A stretch of 63,926 nt of DNA, counting the filler, from Salisapilia sapeloensis CBS 127946 (taxonomy: Eukaryota > Protista > Oomycota), in NCBI GenBank assembly GCA_023334545.1. It is 13 parts of 13 records of this genome, joined end to end, with 100 filler letters (N's around TTAATTAATTAA, not from the genome) between each part and the next. Parts side by side here need not be neighbours in the genome. Positions count along the whole stretch, not along the records: positions 27,430 to 32,624 come from JAADVB010000631.1; positions 32,725 to 34,219 come from JAADVB010001127.1; positions 34,320 to 35,877 come from JAADVB010001109.1; positions 35,978 to 40,953 come from JAADVB010000645.1; positions 41,054 to 56,616 come from JAADVB010000367.1; 8 more parts are not named here. The stretch is one strand, 5' to 3'. Both the position numbers and the translations under genes were made by a program. Shown here one piece after another: positions 32,623-44,374 of the stretch (its first letter is position 1; every line of letters begins with the position of its first letter). The notes beneath the pieces are model-generated. The model was given only the letters and a program-made list of their open reading frames with translations, ran no database searches and had not been told where the DNA came from.

Positions 32623-33396
32623 CCNNNNNNNNNNNNNNNNNNNNNNNNNNNNNNNNNNNNNNNNNNNNTTAATTAATTAANNNNNNNNNNNNNNNNNNNN
32701 NNNNNNNNNNNNNNNNNNNNNNNNATTGCGCATCGTTTGGTACCACTTCTAAAAAACGTTGTTGGTTCAATTTCGAGATATACAATTTCGTCTCTAGCAC
32801 AAAACACACGCATCGTAGAAAAAAGATTCTTCCACTGTAAACTCCCGATCGACCTCCTCGACCTTGTCGCTAACTCTTACAAAATTCTGATGGTGCAACG
32901 CCAATCGGTCGACTCTCCTAAAGCACTTAAGTGCACGGAGAAGGCCCAAATTGCATGGGGAAATGAACCGAGTCTACCTTTAGCTTTGAAATAAATTTTC
33001 TTTAACCCAAAGGCTCTTCATTTTTTCCTGTTATTTATATATAGTCACGACACATACGAGCGACTCCCTTATATCATAAGAGAGTAATTAGAACCACGAA
33101 CGAAACAAGCCTAGCTATCCAACAAATATAAAATGCATTGTCTACATGAAAAACCTTGCTAGATGACCTTCTGTATCCTACAAGTAGGCTTGAGAATTTT
33201 GTAGGCTTTCTCCCATGTCTGCGTATTGGTTTCTTCGCACTAAACCTGGGCTAGGTGTGGTCGAAGGACTCGAGCTATTGCGTCGCACGCCAAGCAACCT
33301 TTGAACCGACTCGACATTCTACTGAACACGACGCTGGTAGGAGACTTGTTGGGCTCAGCGTCTCTTTTCACGGCGTTACTGTGAATCCGCTGCATA

Positions 33397-34194
33397 TTAA
33401 GCCAAAGTGTGAAGGTAATCTTCTCGGTTTTGGCTTCTCAGTGGGTATATCGAGACATGGTAGTTAGTGAATGAAAAGCACAATATTACCGTTTGATCAT
33501 ACTTCTCTTTACTCCGAAAGAACTTCTTGGTCATTGCCAATCAAAGGGTATTAACATACCCAAAGAAGTTCTCGACCAGTACTCGCTCGCTTGATATCCG
33601 CTCGTTGCTTTGCAAATCTTCAGCGCTCACTGACGCTGACCTCGGTTGTTTCGTGGGGTGCACAGCTCGGATACGATCGCAAATGCCTTAATAGCCTTGT
33701 TCTGCTAAGATTGACCATGTTCCTTGATGTGCATGGGATCCTTCTCCAATGTCATCGCTCTCTCGGTCGATGCTGCTATTGACAGCATGCTTCTTGTGAA
33801 GTTCCAGATTATCGTATAAGATGTTGATGTCTGACACGGACCCTGTGTAATGCTTACTGGCATGTACAACATAACCCGCTGGCGATACTGCACACTCGAT
33901 TTTGTACTCCTATAGTCCATGCTTACCCGAGAAGTACTTATTGGCATCCAAAAACGTGCCACCTGGACGATTACTTTGCTGAAACTTGACATCCACCGCG
34001 TATAAAGCATACGGGAAGTGGTGGAAGTGATGACGAGACATTTCGGGTTTCTCAATACAATGCTTTTTGAGAACTGGGTCGAGAACGTTCAGCATCAAAG
34101 TATCCATATAATTGTTTTTAAATAAATCAACATACATGAGCATAGTACACCGAAAATGTACCTTAAATACTATTTTTAAGGAAGAAGGTTGCAT
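33397..34194 (-). pseudogene. Decayed PIF/Harbinger-type DDE transposase (DDE_Tnp_4-like)
   Basis: One frame reads YALYAVDVKFQQSNRP...YFSGKHGL*EYKIECAVSP...GSVSD...WSILAEQGY*G...RVLVENFFG...L*. It has three in-frame stops, and the ADKGY aspartate is replaced by Glu. Confidence 0.85.
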
Positions 34195-34383
34195 TTTGAA
34201 GTCAGCCGCATGCTTATACNNNNNNNNNNNNNNNNNNNNNNNNNNNNNNNNNNNNNNNNNNNNTTAATTAATTAANNNNNNNNNNNNNNNNNNNNNNNNN
34301 NNNNNNNNNNNNNNNNNNNAGTTGAAGTTGAATGCAACTTTTGAAGATTGTCGCAGGTATCTACTTTGGGAGGCGTTGGGATC

Positions 34384-35877
34384 ATGTCGACGGAATGGAG
34401 GAAGATGGATACGCTACGTCCGCCTGCGTATGTCTGTCTTCGTAGGAAGGCTCGCGCAGACGGAAGCTTTCCTGCATTTGAACTCGACGGCGTGTGAGTG
34501 GCTGCAGTTGCGGTAGAATAGACCAGGAGGATGACATTCATGATACTGATAGACTCGAAAAGGACGAGTGGGACCACGTGCCTTGGTCGGACACGTTTGT
34601 GGACATTGAAGCACAGTACAGGAAGATCCCGAAGGAGCACCCTCGTACCCGTGTGAAAATCATGTACGACGACGAGTGGCTGTACGTCGGCGCCGAGCTG
34701 ACGGAGCAAAAGATCTGGGGCACCATCACCGAACGGAACAGCGTCATGTACGAGGAGAACGACTTCGAGGTCTTTTTCGACCCAGACGGCAGTCGCCACA
34801 AGTACTAGTACGTACCTACTACACCCTAGTAAGACAAGCAGCTCACAAGCGCCAAGTGAGATGGAGATGAACTGCCTGAACACCGTGTGGGAGCTGCTCA
34901 TCAACAAGCCGTACAAGGACGGACACGACATTGTGAACCCCCACAACCTCCGCAATCTACGCACAGCAGTCTACGTCGACGGCGTCACCAACGCCCCGTG
35001 GGCAGACAGCCACCGGTGGTGCATCGAGATGGCGTTCCCACTGGCAGAGCTGGACCAGTTCGACCACCAGATCCACCACAACCGGAAGGCAGTGGCCCAC
35101 CCGGGAGCCGTCTGGAAGGTCAACTTTTCTCGCGTCGAGTACACTTTGTGCTCGATCCAGGACGAGATCACGGGCCAGTGGCGCTTCGCCAAGGTGCCGG
35201 ACATCAAGGAGGACAACATCGTCTACGCGCCCACGGGCGTCATCGACATCCACCGGCCGGAGAAGTGGGCGGCGCTCTTCTTCAGCAGTCAGAACGAGGC
35301 GCTGGGAGGGCAGGAAGAGCTCAAGAGCGCCATGGCTGGCTTCCTCGAGGAGCGCCTGGCCATCGAACGCATACTGGACAGCGTCTACTACGACCAGCGG
35401 GAGTTCCACTCGACGCACGGCCGATACGCCTCTACGTACGAAGAGCTTTACGCATGGGTGGAAGGTCTGGGGATAGAGCTCGAGCGACCAACGACTCAGT
35501 TCCACCACGCTTTCGTCAAATTCGATCTACAGAGTCCAGTGCTTTCATGTCCGCAGGTAGAAGAGGACTGGAGGGAAGAGTTCCGAGATGGCAGACGCGC
35601 ATCGGGAGAAGAGCTTTGGAAACATCTATCCTACGCTCCTCCTCTCGACTCGGACGACTCGGACGGCTCGGACAACAACGAACTCCAGTCGACGGAACCC
35701 TACATTCCTCCTCTCAAGCTCAAACAGACGCAACAGGAAAAGCTAAAGGTAGCCACGCCTCGACTGTCCAGCCGACGTTCTCTACCTCCTCCGTTCCAAC
35801 AGACCTACGTCGCCACCGTCGGCAGCATCCGACAGCAATGGAACATCCGTCAGGATGCTAAACTCTGGTGCTCCCAC
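34384..35877 (+). CDS. Carbohydrate-binding family 9-like (CBM9/DOMON-like) protein, three exons, 3' truncated
   Basis: Exons 34384-34493, 34553-34807 and 34857->35877; GT-AG introns of 59 and 49 nt restore ELDG-VLEKDEW and RHKY-YEMEMN. Motifs WSDTFVDIE, TRVKIMYDDEWLYV, ENDFEVFFDPDG, WCIEMAFP, WKVNFSRV and IDIHRPEKW. Confidence 0.85.
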
Positions 35878-36757
35878 NNNNNNNNNNNNNNNNNNNNNNN
35901 NNNNNNNNNNNNNNNNNNNNNTTAATTAATTAANNNNNNNNNNNNNNNNNNNNNNNNNNNNNNNNNNNNNNNNNNNNAGTTAAATAATTTTTCTCTTTTC
36001 TTTTTCCTAGGCTACCATTCCTTTCTACGAGCGATATCACTTCAAACCTTCTCCAGGAAAGCATTTGATTTGGACCTGTATACCTCTAAATCCGTACGTC
36101 ATTGTGTCACTGGAAGCTTAGGGAAAAGCAATGGTCGTGATGCGTTGGCTGAAGTGAATGAGGAGGATAGAGCCAAGAACGTGATACTCAATTCAAGTCA
36201 CTTGCCACTTTCAACGGGTGCTCAGGCTACCCGAACTGCAACTACCTTTACACTAAAAGTCCCCCTCGTGATGTTTATAGGACCGCTATGAAGGAAGAAC
36301 GAATTTGGCGTGTTAAGCATAAGCTAAATGTTTTGAAGCAGCAACTGCAACGAAAATTATTGATTGCTATTGTTTTCCAGTTATTTCTTTCACTTTGCTA
36401 GGACGTGTAGCTCTTAGTGGTGAGCTTTGAAGTACAAGATCTTTTAATCTTGTTCGCATCTTTTTTAATAGATGGCTAGTACAGTCATCCAAGATGAAGT
36501 TTGAAGGCCATTTCACTAGGCTCAGTTGACTTCTCGTACACGTGCCTGTTAATTAATAGCGCTTGATGAAGCCGACTTTCTGTAGTGTAGAGATTCAAAG
36601 AGATATGTGGATCACTGTAACTTTTACAGCATCTCCCAGTTCTAGTAGAACCTTGTGGTTGCGCAGACTCTCTCTTGATCTTACTTGAATGATGAGGCTC
36701 TACCGAGCTTATTTTGTTTTTACAGTATGCGAAATACCACATATACGCAGATGGCAA

Positions 36758-38983
36758 TCATAGTACTGCTACTTCCTTGCGCAAAATTGTAGACCGGTTC
36801 GTGCTGAAACTGTAGTCACTTTCACTACTCGGTCTTTGCAATAACGGGAGTTCGTCTTGGAAAACGACTTCCTGCTTGTGCATTATGTTTTTCGTCCGCA
36901 TCTCGTGGCGCGTTGCACGCTTCTCTCTTTCCGACACTATGCGAACAGCGGCGAAGAACAGGGAGAGGAAAGCTATTCCACCCACAACGCTCGATGCGAT
37001 AATATTAGGACCGTATCCATTATGACCATCTACAGGAAAAGCGATAGTACACCGAGGTCCGCCCCACGTCGATGGTGAGTAGCAGTAGCATCGATTATCA
37101 CGACCACATCGTCCCGTACTAATGGACGTATCCATAATTGATCCAACGGAGCAGTCTCGATCGCTATGGCACGAGGCTCCTCCAGCCACCTCTAACCACT
37201 TGTTATCAATATCCTCGTATTCACTAATGTGCCCATCGATCCACTCCTTCGTTGGGTGGGAGGGCGGGTCGCATCCAATGGACATGTCCGAGCCTGAGGT
37301 TAAATCTTGGTAGAGTCGAATGTAGTCGATCTGCATGTACATAGGGAAGGAGTCACAAATCCGATTTGCTTGCTCATCCTTTCGATCTCCCCAACATTCA
37401 TCACCCGCATTCGGTGGCGTTGCACCCCAGCTCGTGGAAAGAGCAACATTCAATATAATATACATCGGTTCCTCAGGGAAAACCTTCTTTGGGTTGCTCT
37501 TGCCACTACCTTCTGGTACATTGATAATGGAAGTTGCGGGGACCTCAAATACTACTTGATCGTCAACTTGCCAGCGCACCCATCCGTTGTCACCAGTCAC
37601 CCACTCGAGCTGGTAATCAATAAATCCTGTGTATGCTTTCACCGAGATACCAGTGTTCGCTGATATCGCGTCCATTTGATAATTAAACGGCTCCATCGTG
37701 TTTGTTTTTGAAGATTCTTCTTTTCTTGGATTTAAACAGCGCCTATCTGTGCTGTCCGGATCACAGAGAAAAGTACCTGTCTCGCCATTCATTTCAGACA
37801 TACAACCGCCGTTGTAGTTGATGCCCCAGTGCTGGTCTCCATTACCATCAATGAGACCAAGGTCCGAGTTGCCATCGTAGCTACCTGGGCAAGTATTGAC
37901 GCCTTCGCATGTGTTGCTCCCAATACCTTGAGACACACTCTCTTTTACGGCATTAAAGTCCTGTTGAATCGATGGATCGGAAGTACACAACAAATTCGGT
38001 GAATAGCGTAAACCTTGATACCATGACCTGTGTCCACGAGCTTCGTACAAATCGGTTGGAATACCAATATAATTTGCTCCTTCGGTAGTACAACTTCCAT
38101 CGTAAAAACAAGAGCCTATAGAATCATTTGTAGGCTTCATCAGTCGATAGTCCTCTGGCATACCAGGGGCTATTTGAACAGAAGTAGAGATAGCAGTGCC
38201 TCTTCCTTCCAGTAGATCAATTTCCACTGCCCCTCTCCCTTGGTTTGGATTTAAGCCGTATCCAGGATTACCATTGCATGCACTGATTCTTTGGTTTGGC
38301 GCATACTCGTCATCGCATTCGTTGTAGCTCCATGGCCACATGCGGTTCGTACTAGTGGTGAAAAGAGCCCGGCCGAGGTTGCCCATAAGCCAGATGCCAG
38401 GCCATGTTGGATAGTAAGCGATTTCTTCGACTCGTGAATACTCACTTCCGTTCACCACTTCAGGGTTCTTACTAGCACTAGAGACAGCCCCAGGCAGTTT
38501 CGCTCGGACTTCCATCCTTCCGCCCTGGAAACAAAACTTGTTCCAGGATTGGACCATACCACTGCGGTAGTACATGGAATGGGTTTCATAGCCTGGGGGA
38601 CTGGTATGAGCATTGTATACATCAAAAGTAATATTCACGTCGTTGCGAATTTCAATCTGGAATACGCCGGTTTTGTCGTCGTCATCGAGCGTCACAGTGG
38701 AAGTCATGTTCGGCGAGTAGTATTCAAGAGCATCGTTGACACCATCCGCCAAGTCCATCGCAGTCCAAAGGTGATCATCACCAGCAACGAACGATCGATT
38801 GGGTGTGTTGAATTCATCGCTCATCACGAGCTCCCAGACGTCACCGCGTGACGTTGTTACCGCTTGTCGATCCGCTGGGGTGTCGATGTCGACCCATGGC
38901 CGGACACCGGAAGCGGCGTTAAAGTGTTTGACTCCAGCCACGGTATATATTAGCTGCGCAATAACAAGCGCTACAAGTTTCAT
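36758..38983 (-). CDS. Beta-glucan synthesis-associated KRE6/SKN1-like GH16 protein
   Basis: Signal peptide; WELVMSDEFN, YRSGMVQSWNKFCFQGG, WPGIWLMGNLGRA, AVEIDLLE (ExDxxE), PEEPMYIILN and MQIDYIRLYQ. EGF-like Cys cluster and C-terminal TM. Confidence 0.93.
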   Translation of the reverse strand: MKLVALVIAQLIYTVAGVKHFNAASGVRPWVDIDTPADRQAVTTSRGDVWELVMSDEFNTPNRSFVAGDDHLWTAMDLADGVNDALEYYSPNMTSTVTLDDDDKTGVFQIEIRNDVNITFDVYNAHTSPPGYETHSMYYRSGMVQSWNKFCFQGGRMEVRAKLPGAVSSASKNPEVVNGSEYSRVEEIAYYPTWPGIWLMGNLGRALFTTSTNRMWPWSYNECDDEYAPNQRISACNGNPGYGLNPNQGRGAVEIDLLEGRGTAISTSVQIAPGMPEDYRLMKPTNDSIGSCFYDGSCTTEGANYIGIPTDLYEARGHRSWYQGLRYSPNLLCTSDPSIQQDFNAVKESVSQGIGSNTCEGVNTCPGSYDGNSDLGLIDGNGDQHWGINYNGGCMSEMNGETGTFLCDPDSTDRRCLNPRKEESSKTNTMEPFNYQMDAISANTGISVKAYTGFIDYQLEWVTGDNGWVRWQVDDQVVFEVPATSIINVPEGSGKSNPKKVFPEEPMYIILNVALSTSWGATPPNAGDECWGDRKDEQANRICDSFPMYMQIDYIRLYQDLTSGSDMSIGCDPPSHPTKEWIDGHISEYEDIDNKWLEVAGGASCHSDRDCSVGSIMDTSISTGRCGRDNRCYCYSPSTWGGPRCTIAFPVDGHNGYGPNIIASSVVGGIAFLSLFFAAVRIVSEREKRATRHEMRTKNIMHKQEVVFQDELPLLQRPSSESDYSFSTNRSTILRKEVAVL

Positions 38984-40781
38984 GCTTTCATCAAGCGGGG
39001 AAGGATGGCTAAATGGTCGTTTGACGCATACAGCCCTTGGATGCTCATAGACACATCGTCAAGACTGACAAACATCTGACACAAAAACCATGCAAGAGGG
39101 TCATGCGATGCAAAGTAATGATGGCCCTGGCTATAACGTGCGTAGACGATAGGGGCTGACCAAGAGTCATGGCAATATAGCAAACACAGAGGGCCATCCG
39201 ATGTATATTTAGAATCGGCTAGCGGCAATGTTGAATCCTCTTTACCTCGAGAAAAGGTTTTGTTGTATGAATGTCGCCTTCTTTATCGAATACCTTCAAC
39301 TGACAATACTGTCGTGATTTTCCTCATTGCTCGAATAAGAAAACTGGATAGGAAGCTGATTCATCAATCCCATTTGGCGCTCATTACCAACGCGTTGTGT
39401 TAGCGGATTTGATGACTGAAAAGATCTCTATGACGTGACTAATTTGCCTTGTACACAAGGTGAAGCCATCCCAACGACCAGCTAATTAGCACGGATAGGT
39501 ATTCCCTTTGCATACTGCACCAATTCCAAGTAGAAAATGGATAGCAGCTATCATGGATACGAATTTGAAATCCTCATTTCTCTCTCGGTAATGGAGGAAA
39601 AACCTCGAGACAATTAAAATGATACTTAGTGCTCGCAAAATCTAAGTTACGTTTGTTGGCATTCTCATCACATGCCTAGAACCGAGTCGTTGTCATGGGA
39701 CTCTGCCTGCTTAATTAATTCCTCACTTTGAATTTGCAAGCTGTGTAGAGAGATGCTCGTGGCGTTTGTGATACAGTGTAGATCGTTCGAGGAAGTGCTA
39801 GCGAAAACATTGTTAGTATAGATGTTGTTCTTGTTGCGGGTAGTAAACATTTAAATGGAGACAACATTGATATATCATTGTATGTGGCTCATGCATTCAT
39901 GATAAATTAACTTGTCATTTGTCCAGATTTCCATACCCCTCAGAGTTTCCATGAGCTCACAATTAATCCAAACTTAGCCCTGGCAGTCTCTTAACGAAAG
40001 TACATGTACATAGAAATTATAGCAAGTTTATGTTCCAGAAAAATACTATGTGAACTCTATGGGCTATTGCTACTACCTCATTACCATGTTTTCCCGTTAT
40101 CATATACGGGTTTGGCCGCGTGCGTCGTTACGACACCATCGTCCGATAACCCATATTCTGGAGATCTCTTTGCACCTTTCGCCGACCTTAGCAGCGTTTT
40201 ACTACTACATACGAAGTACTTAATCTCTGCGAGTATATAGTATCTGCAGCCAATTTATCTGACCTAGACTATTTTTAGGCTCACCCGTTGGATGTTTTGG
40301 AAATGCCAGCTTTTACATCTTAGTCTTTGTTCTTAATTCGCATACAAATTCTAAAGATAGAGTAATATTGTCTGGGCAAGGAGTAACGTAACAGGCCATT
40401 GATTCTCGATAAAAACTCCTTCGAGACATCTGTATCTGAGAGTCACTTGCAGACTTATGCAGCTTCCTCCACCGCCTAGATCTGACCACCGAAAGAAGAA
40501 ATAGTTTGGTCCATACTAATAAAAACTCAATCGAAACATTCCGTGCGTAAAATTAATCTGGCACATACTAATTTTATGGCATCCACAAAAAATCGAAGTG
40601 AACAATTAGTCTGACACAGACAGAGTACGTCGTATGAAGTAGCATGCCTAATGGAAACTAGAGAAGCCTCTTCGAAATGCTGTGAAGGGATACACCGCAA
40701 TACAATACGGAAAACCGCAGAAATGGAATATGTATTTGCTTGCTGTTACGCGTTTCAATCCAACTTACTACATCTTGTTAT

Positions 40782-40952
40782 CTAAGCGTACAGCCCTTCG
40801 ATCGTGTCCGCATGCTTCTCGCCAACCACCTTGCGCTTCAGCTTGAGCGTCGGTGTCAGCTCTCCGCCAGCGAGGGAAAAGTCTCCGTCGAGGATCGTGA
40901 ATTTACCGACGTTCTGCGCTCTCGAAACCGCCTGCTCGTTCGCCCGCTTCAC
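40782..40952 (-). CDS. C-terminal fragment of a long-chain acyl-CoA synthetase (ACSBG/FadD15-like)
   Basis: VKRANEQAVSRAQNVGKFTILDGDFSLAGGELTPTLKLKRKVVGEKHADTIEGLYA*; ELTPTLKLKR is diagnostic. Missed by the ORF track. Confidence 0.9.
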   Translation of the reverse strand: MKRANEQAVSRAQNVGKFTILDGDFSLAGGELTPTLKLKRKVVGEKHADTIEGLYA

Positions 40953-41053
40953 GNNNNNNNNNNNNNNNNNNNNNNNNNNNNNNNNNNNNNNNNNNNNTTA
41001 ATTAATTAANNNNNNNNNNNNNNNNNNNNNNNNNNNNNNNNNNNNNNNNNNNN

Positions 41054-41438
41054 ACGTCAGCAGTGCCGGCCAGAAGATGAGTGTCAGCAGGAACATGACT
41101 GCAGCATAGACGATCATGCCAATGAGAAAGACAAAGTCGAATGTCTTCAACCAGCTCTTCTTGTAATCCCCAGCCACTTCTCCTTCTTCCATCAACGATG
41201 ATTTCTTTTCATTAATGGGCTGCGCTTCCAATTGCTCCCCATTGGCCTGTGCGTTCGTACCATACGACTGCTTGTTCGAGCGCACGGGTGATGTGTTCGG
41301 CACCGGCCAAACAAGACGTAGGAGAACATACGTCAAAAGCAAAGCCGCAACTGGCATGAGAAGAATGACCCATTGCTGCAACGTAGTCATCGTAGCCGGC
41401 CACTCCTTGGCAGCTTCTGTTTCCTGTGGTACGTCCAT
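41054..41438 (-). CDS. 5' fragment of an unidentified multi-pass membrane protein
   Basis: ATG at 41438. Two hydrophobic helices (WVILLMPVAALLLTYVLLRLVW and FVFLIGMIVYAAVMFLLTLIFW). Cut by the gap. Confidence 0.65.
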
Positions 41439-41651
41439 ATCGTCAAAAACGAGTAGTGAGGATCTTGCGGCACGTTTCCGACTGATTCAGGAATTAATTT
41501 GGACGGTTACTAGGATCCACAAAAGTTCGTGTCGACACAAAATAAAGATGCAATGGTCCTCCCCCCATTAAGTAATGGAATCCATAAAAGTCTTCGAGCG
41601 AACAAGATGACGCAATAGGTATCGTCTCATGACAACGAATCAGACAACGAA

Positions 41652-44063
41652 ATGCCGCCAAGACATGGACCGACGGCGATGGGCACTCCAGTGCAAGTAG
41701 CTAGCTGTGTCTGGAGCCAATACTTTCCTCAAGATCATCATATTGGTGTCCATCGTCCTGGAGATACTCGAGACACTAAATACTATTCACTTGTGGATGA
41801 AAAAGAAGGGAGATATAAAGCAGCTCTGACCTTTCGCGACTGCTTTCGCAATGCACAACAATGGGCTCCTCTACTGCAGCATGTATTATTGTCTTAATGG
41901 AATAGATCTGCAAGGTACTTATACATGTGGTAGTTTGATCTGACTGACTCGGAGCTCACGACAATCTCGCTCAATTACATTGAGCTCATTCGAGCAGCAG
42001 CCAACGAACTCTCGGACTTTGATAATGTACTCCAGGAAAACGTTGAAGATGTGCTAGCTTGTATGGGTATTTCTTTATGTCTGATTCGACATGAACTACG
42101 CGTGGCAGCGGAGGAGACCGCTCTACGACAACGTGCTGTTCCTCTCGATCGTTCCAAGATAACCGTCCGGCTGCACGGTGTCGCGCCCGTTCTACCCATC
42201 AGCGACTTGCGATCGGACGTAATTAACAGACTTGTCAGTGTCATCGGCACTGTTGTACGTGTAAGCGCCATCAAACCTCTCGTGACCCGCTGTGACTTTG
42301 TCTGTGCCCACTGCAACGAAGTTACCAGTCGTGCCTTTCCCGACGGCAAATTCACACCCCCAACCAAATGCGAACACTCTCCCTGTCGTAGTAAAACACT
42401 CGTTCCGAACCGATCGACCGTCGAAACTGTCGACTACCAACTCGTTAAAGTCCAAGAGGTAGACAATAGCGATGCTGGTCCAGGCAGAGTGCCTCGTATG
42501 GTCGAAGTAGAACTATACGAAGATCTAGTAGATTCATGTATTCCAGGTAACATTGTCACAATCTCTGGCATCGTCAAGAGCGTGAACTCAGAGGTGCATC
42601 GAGGTCGCTACGGCAAAAGAGCTCAAGCCCATAGCCTCTCCATCCTCTACCTAAGTGCCAACTCCGTCGAGAACGCTGCGACAAACAGCAGAATGAAGGA
42701 CTCAGCATCTGACGTTGATTTCTCGAAAGCTGATCTAGAAGACATTCGCAATATCATTCGACGTGGAAACGTCTTCGATCGTCTCGTTCATTCCCTTTGT
42801 CCTGGTATCTACCGCAATGAACTCGTAAAAGCAGGTCTCATACTCTCTCTTCTTGGAGGCACGAGATACCAGGAAGATCAGCGTGAATCTGTCACCTTTA
42901 CGCGAGCCGACTCGCACGTACTCGTAGTAGGAGACCCCGGTCTCGGTAAAAGTCAGATGCTGCGTGCTGTCGCCTCGGTCGCACCTCGCTCTGTCTACGT
43001 TGGTGGAAATACAACGACCACGACAGGTTTGACTGTAACCATGGTGCGTGACGGCACAGGTGACTACGCGTTGGAAGCAGGAGCCTTGGTGCTGGCCGAC
43101 CAAGGTGTCTGTTGTATCGATGAGTTCGATAAGATGGGAGTCGACGCACAATCACTCTTAGAAGGGATGGAGCAACAGCGTATTAGTATCGCAAAGGCAG
43201 GCATCGTATGCTCTCTCAATGCACGTGCGAGTGTGATTGCAGCAGCCAATCCTGCTGGTGGCCACTACGATCGCTCTCGCTCGATCGTGGAGAACTTAAA
43301 GATGAAAGCAGCCCTGCTCTCTCGCTTTGACTTGGTATTCGTTCTACTTGATCGACCAGATGAAGAACGAGATCGACTCTTGTCTGAGCATGTCATGCAG
43401 TCTCACAGCAAACGAGGTGCGAGTAGGAAGCGAGCGAGAGAAGACGAAAGACCGTCGCAGATGGCACATGATGCCAAAGAATCGTTAGCCCAGCGATTGC
43501 TAGACAATGCGAGAGAGTATACTAGTGAAGCCATCTCTCTGTACCTCATGCGCAAGTACATTTCGTATGCTAGACGATATATACACCCACGACTGTCTCC
43601 TGAAGCATCAGATGTGCTCAAACGCAAGTACTTGGACATGCGTTCGACAGGGGACTCGACCACAATGCCAGTGACAACCCGCCAGCTCGAGTCACTCGTT
43701 CGAATGGCCCAGGCTCGAGCCAAGGCAGAGTTTTCGGAAGTTGTGACGCCACATCATGCACAGGACGTAGTGGAATTACTCCAAGAAAGCGTGCTAGACG
43801 CCTTTGCAAGTGATGAAGTGGATATGAATTTCGGTCGGAAGGGTGGAATGAGCCTCGCGAAGCGAGTGAAAGCGTACGTCGCCCGCCTCATGAAGACGGC
43901 GCAACGTCGGAACAACCAGATCTTTACATTTGACGAACTATTGGAAGTAGCGGAAAGCATGGGTCTCCAAGTCGATGACTTTCGAGACTTTATCGATGTC
44001 TTACGCAACGAATGCTATCTACTAAAGAAAGGTCCGAAGGAATATAAAGTCCAGATGAGCTAA
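41652..44063 (+). CDS. MCM8: DNA helicase MCM8
   Basis: Exons 41652-41882 and 41934-44063 (51-nt GT-AG intron). Zn finger CxxC...CxxxxC, GDPGLGKSQML, CCIDEFDK, ALLSRFDL, and the MCM8-type C-terminal winged helix (...YLLKKGPKEYKVQ). Confidence 0.93.
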
Positions 44064-44072
44064 TCTCGTGGT

Positions 44073-44288
44073 TTATTCTTTTTGCTCCGGCAGCAATTCA
44101 CGACGAGACTCGATCTCGGCGTCATATACGTCCTGAGGCTTCTCTTGCGAAAACAAGTCGTGCCCAGCCTTCTTCTTCTTGCGTAGTGGGATGGCACAAA
44201 TTAGGAGACATGCACCAGTGCCTACCATCACCTTTCCTCGCTGTGATAGCGGCAGTGCATTCAACGCGCGTTCGATAATTCCGGCCAT
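44073..44288 (-). CDS. Small (71 aa) single-TM protein of unknown function
   Basis: ATG ORF that exactly fills the space between MCM8 and the formin. It has an amphipathic N-terminus, hydrophobic VMVGTGACLLICAIPL, a basic RKKKK stop-transfer, then GHDLFSQEKP. Confidence 0.7.
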   Translation of the reverse strand: MAGIIERALNALPLSQRGKVMVGTGACLLICAIPLRKKKKAGHDLFSQEKPQDVYDAEIESRRELLPEQKE

Positions 44289-44374
44289 TACGTCGTGCTG
44301 TGTCCAACGTAGCGTCTGTCTTGTACAACATGCATCTATACGTACTTAAAGTGAAAAAAGAGAATTTGGACCAC

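Noticed and set aside
34806-34808. In-frame TAG in the CBM9-like gene suggesting readthrough or an alternative genetic code
   Set aside because: TA|G straddles a GT donor. Removing the 49-nt intron restores KYYEMEMN.
34887-35861. 324-aa alternative-frame ORF (and 183-aa antisense ORF) overlapping the CBM9-like gene
   Set aside because: Shadow ORFs caused by high GC3. Composition is Arg/Pro/Gly-rich with no motifs.
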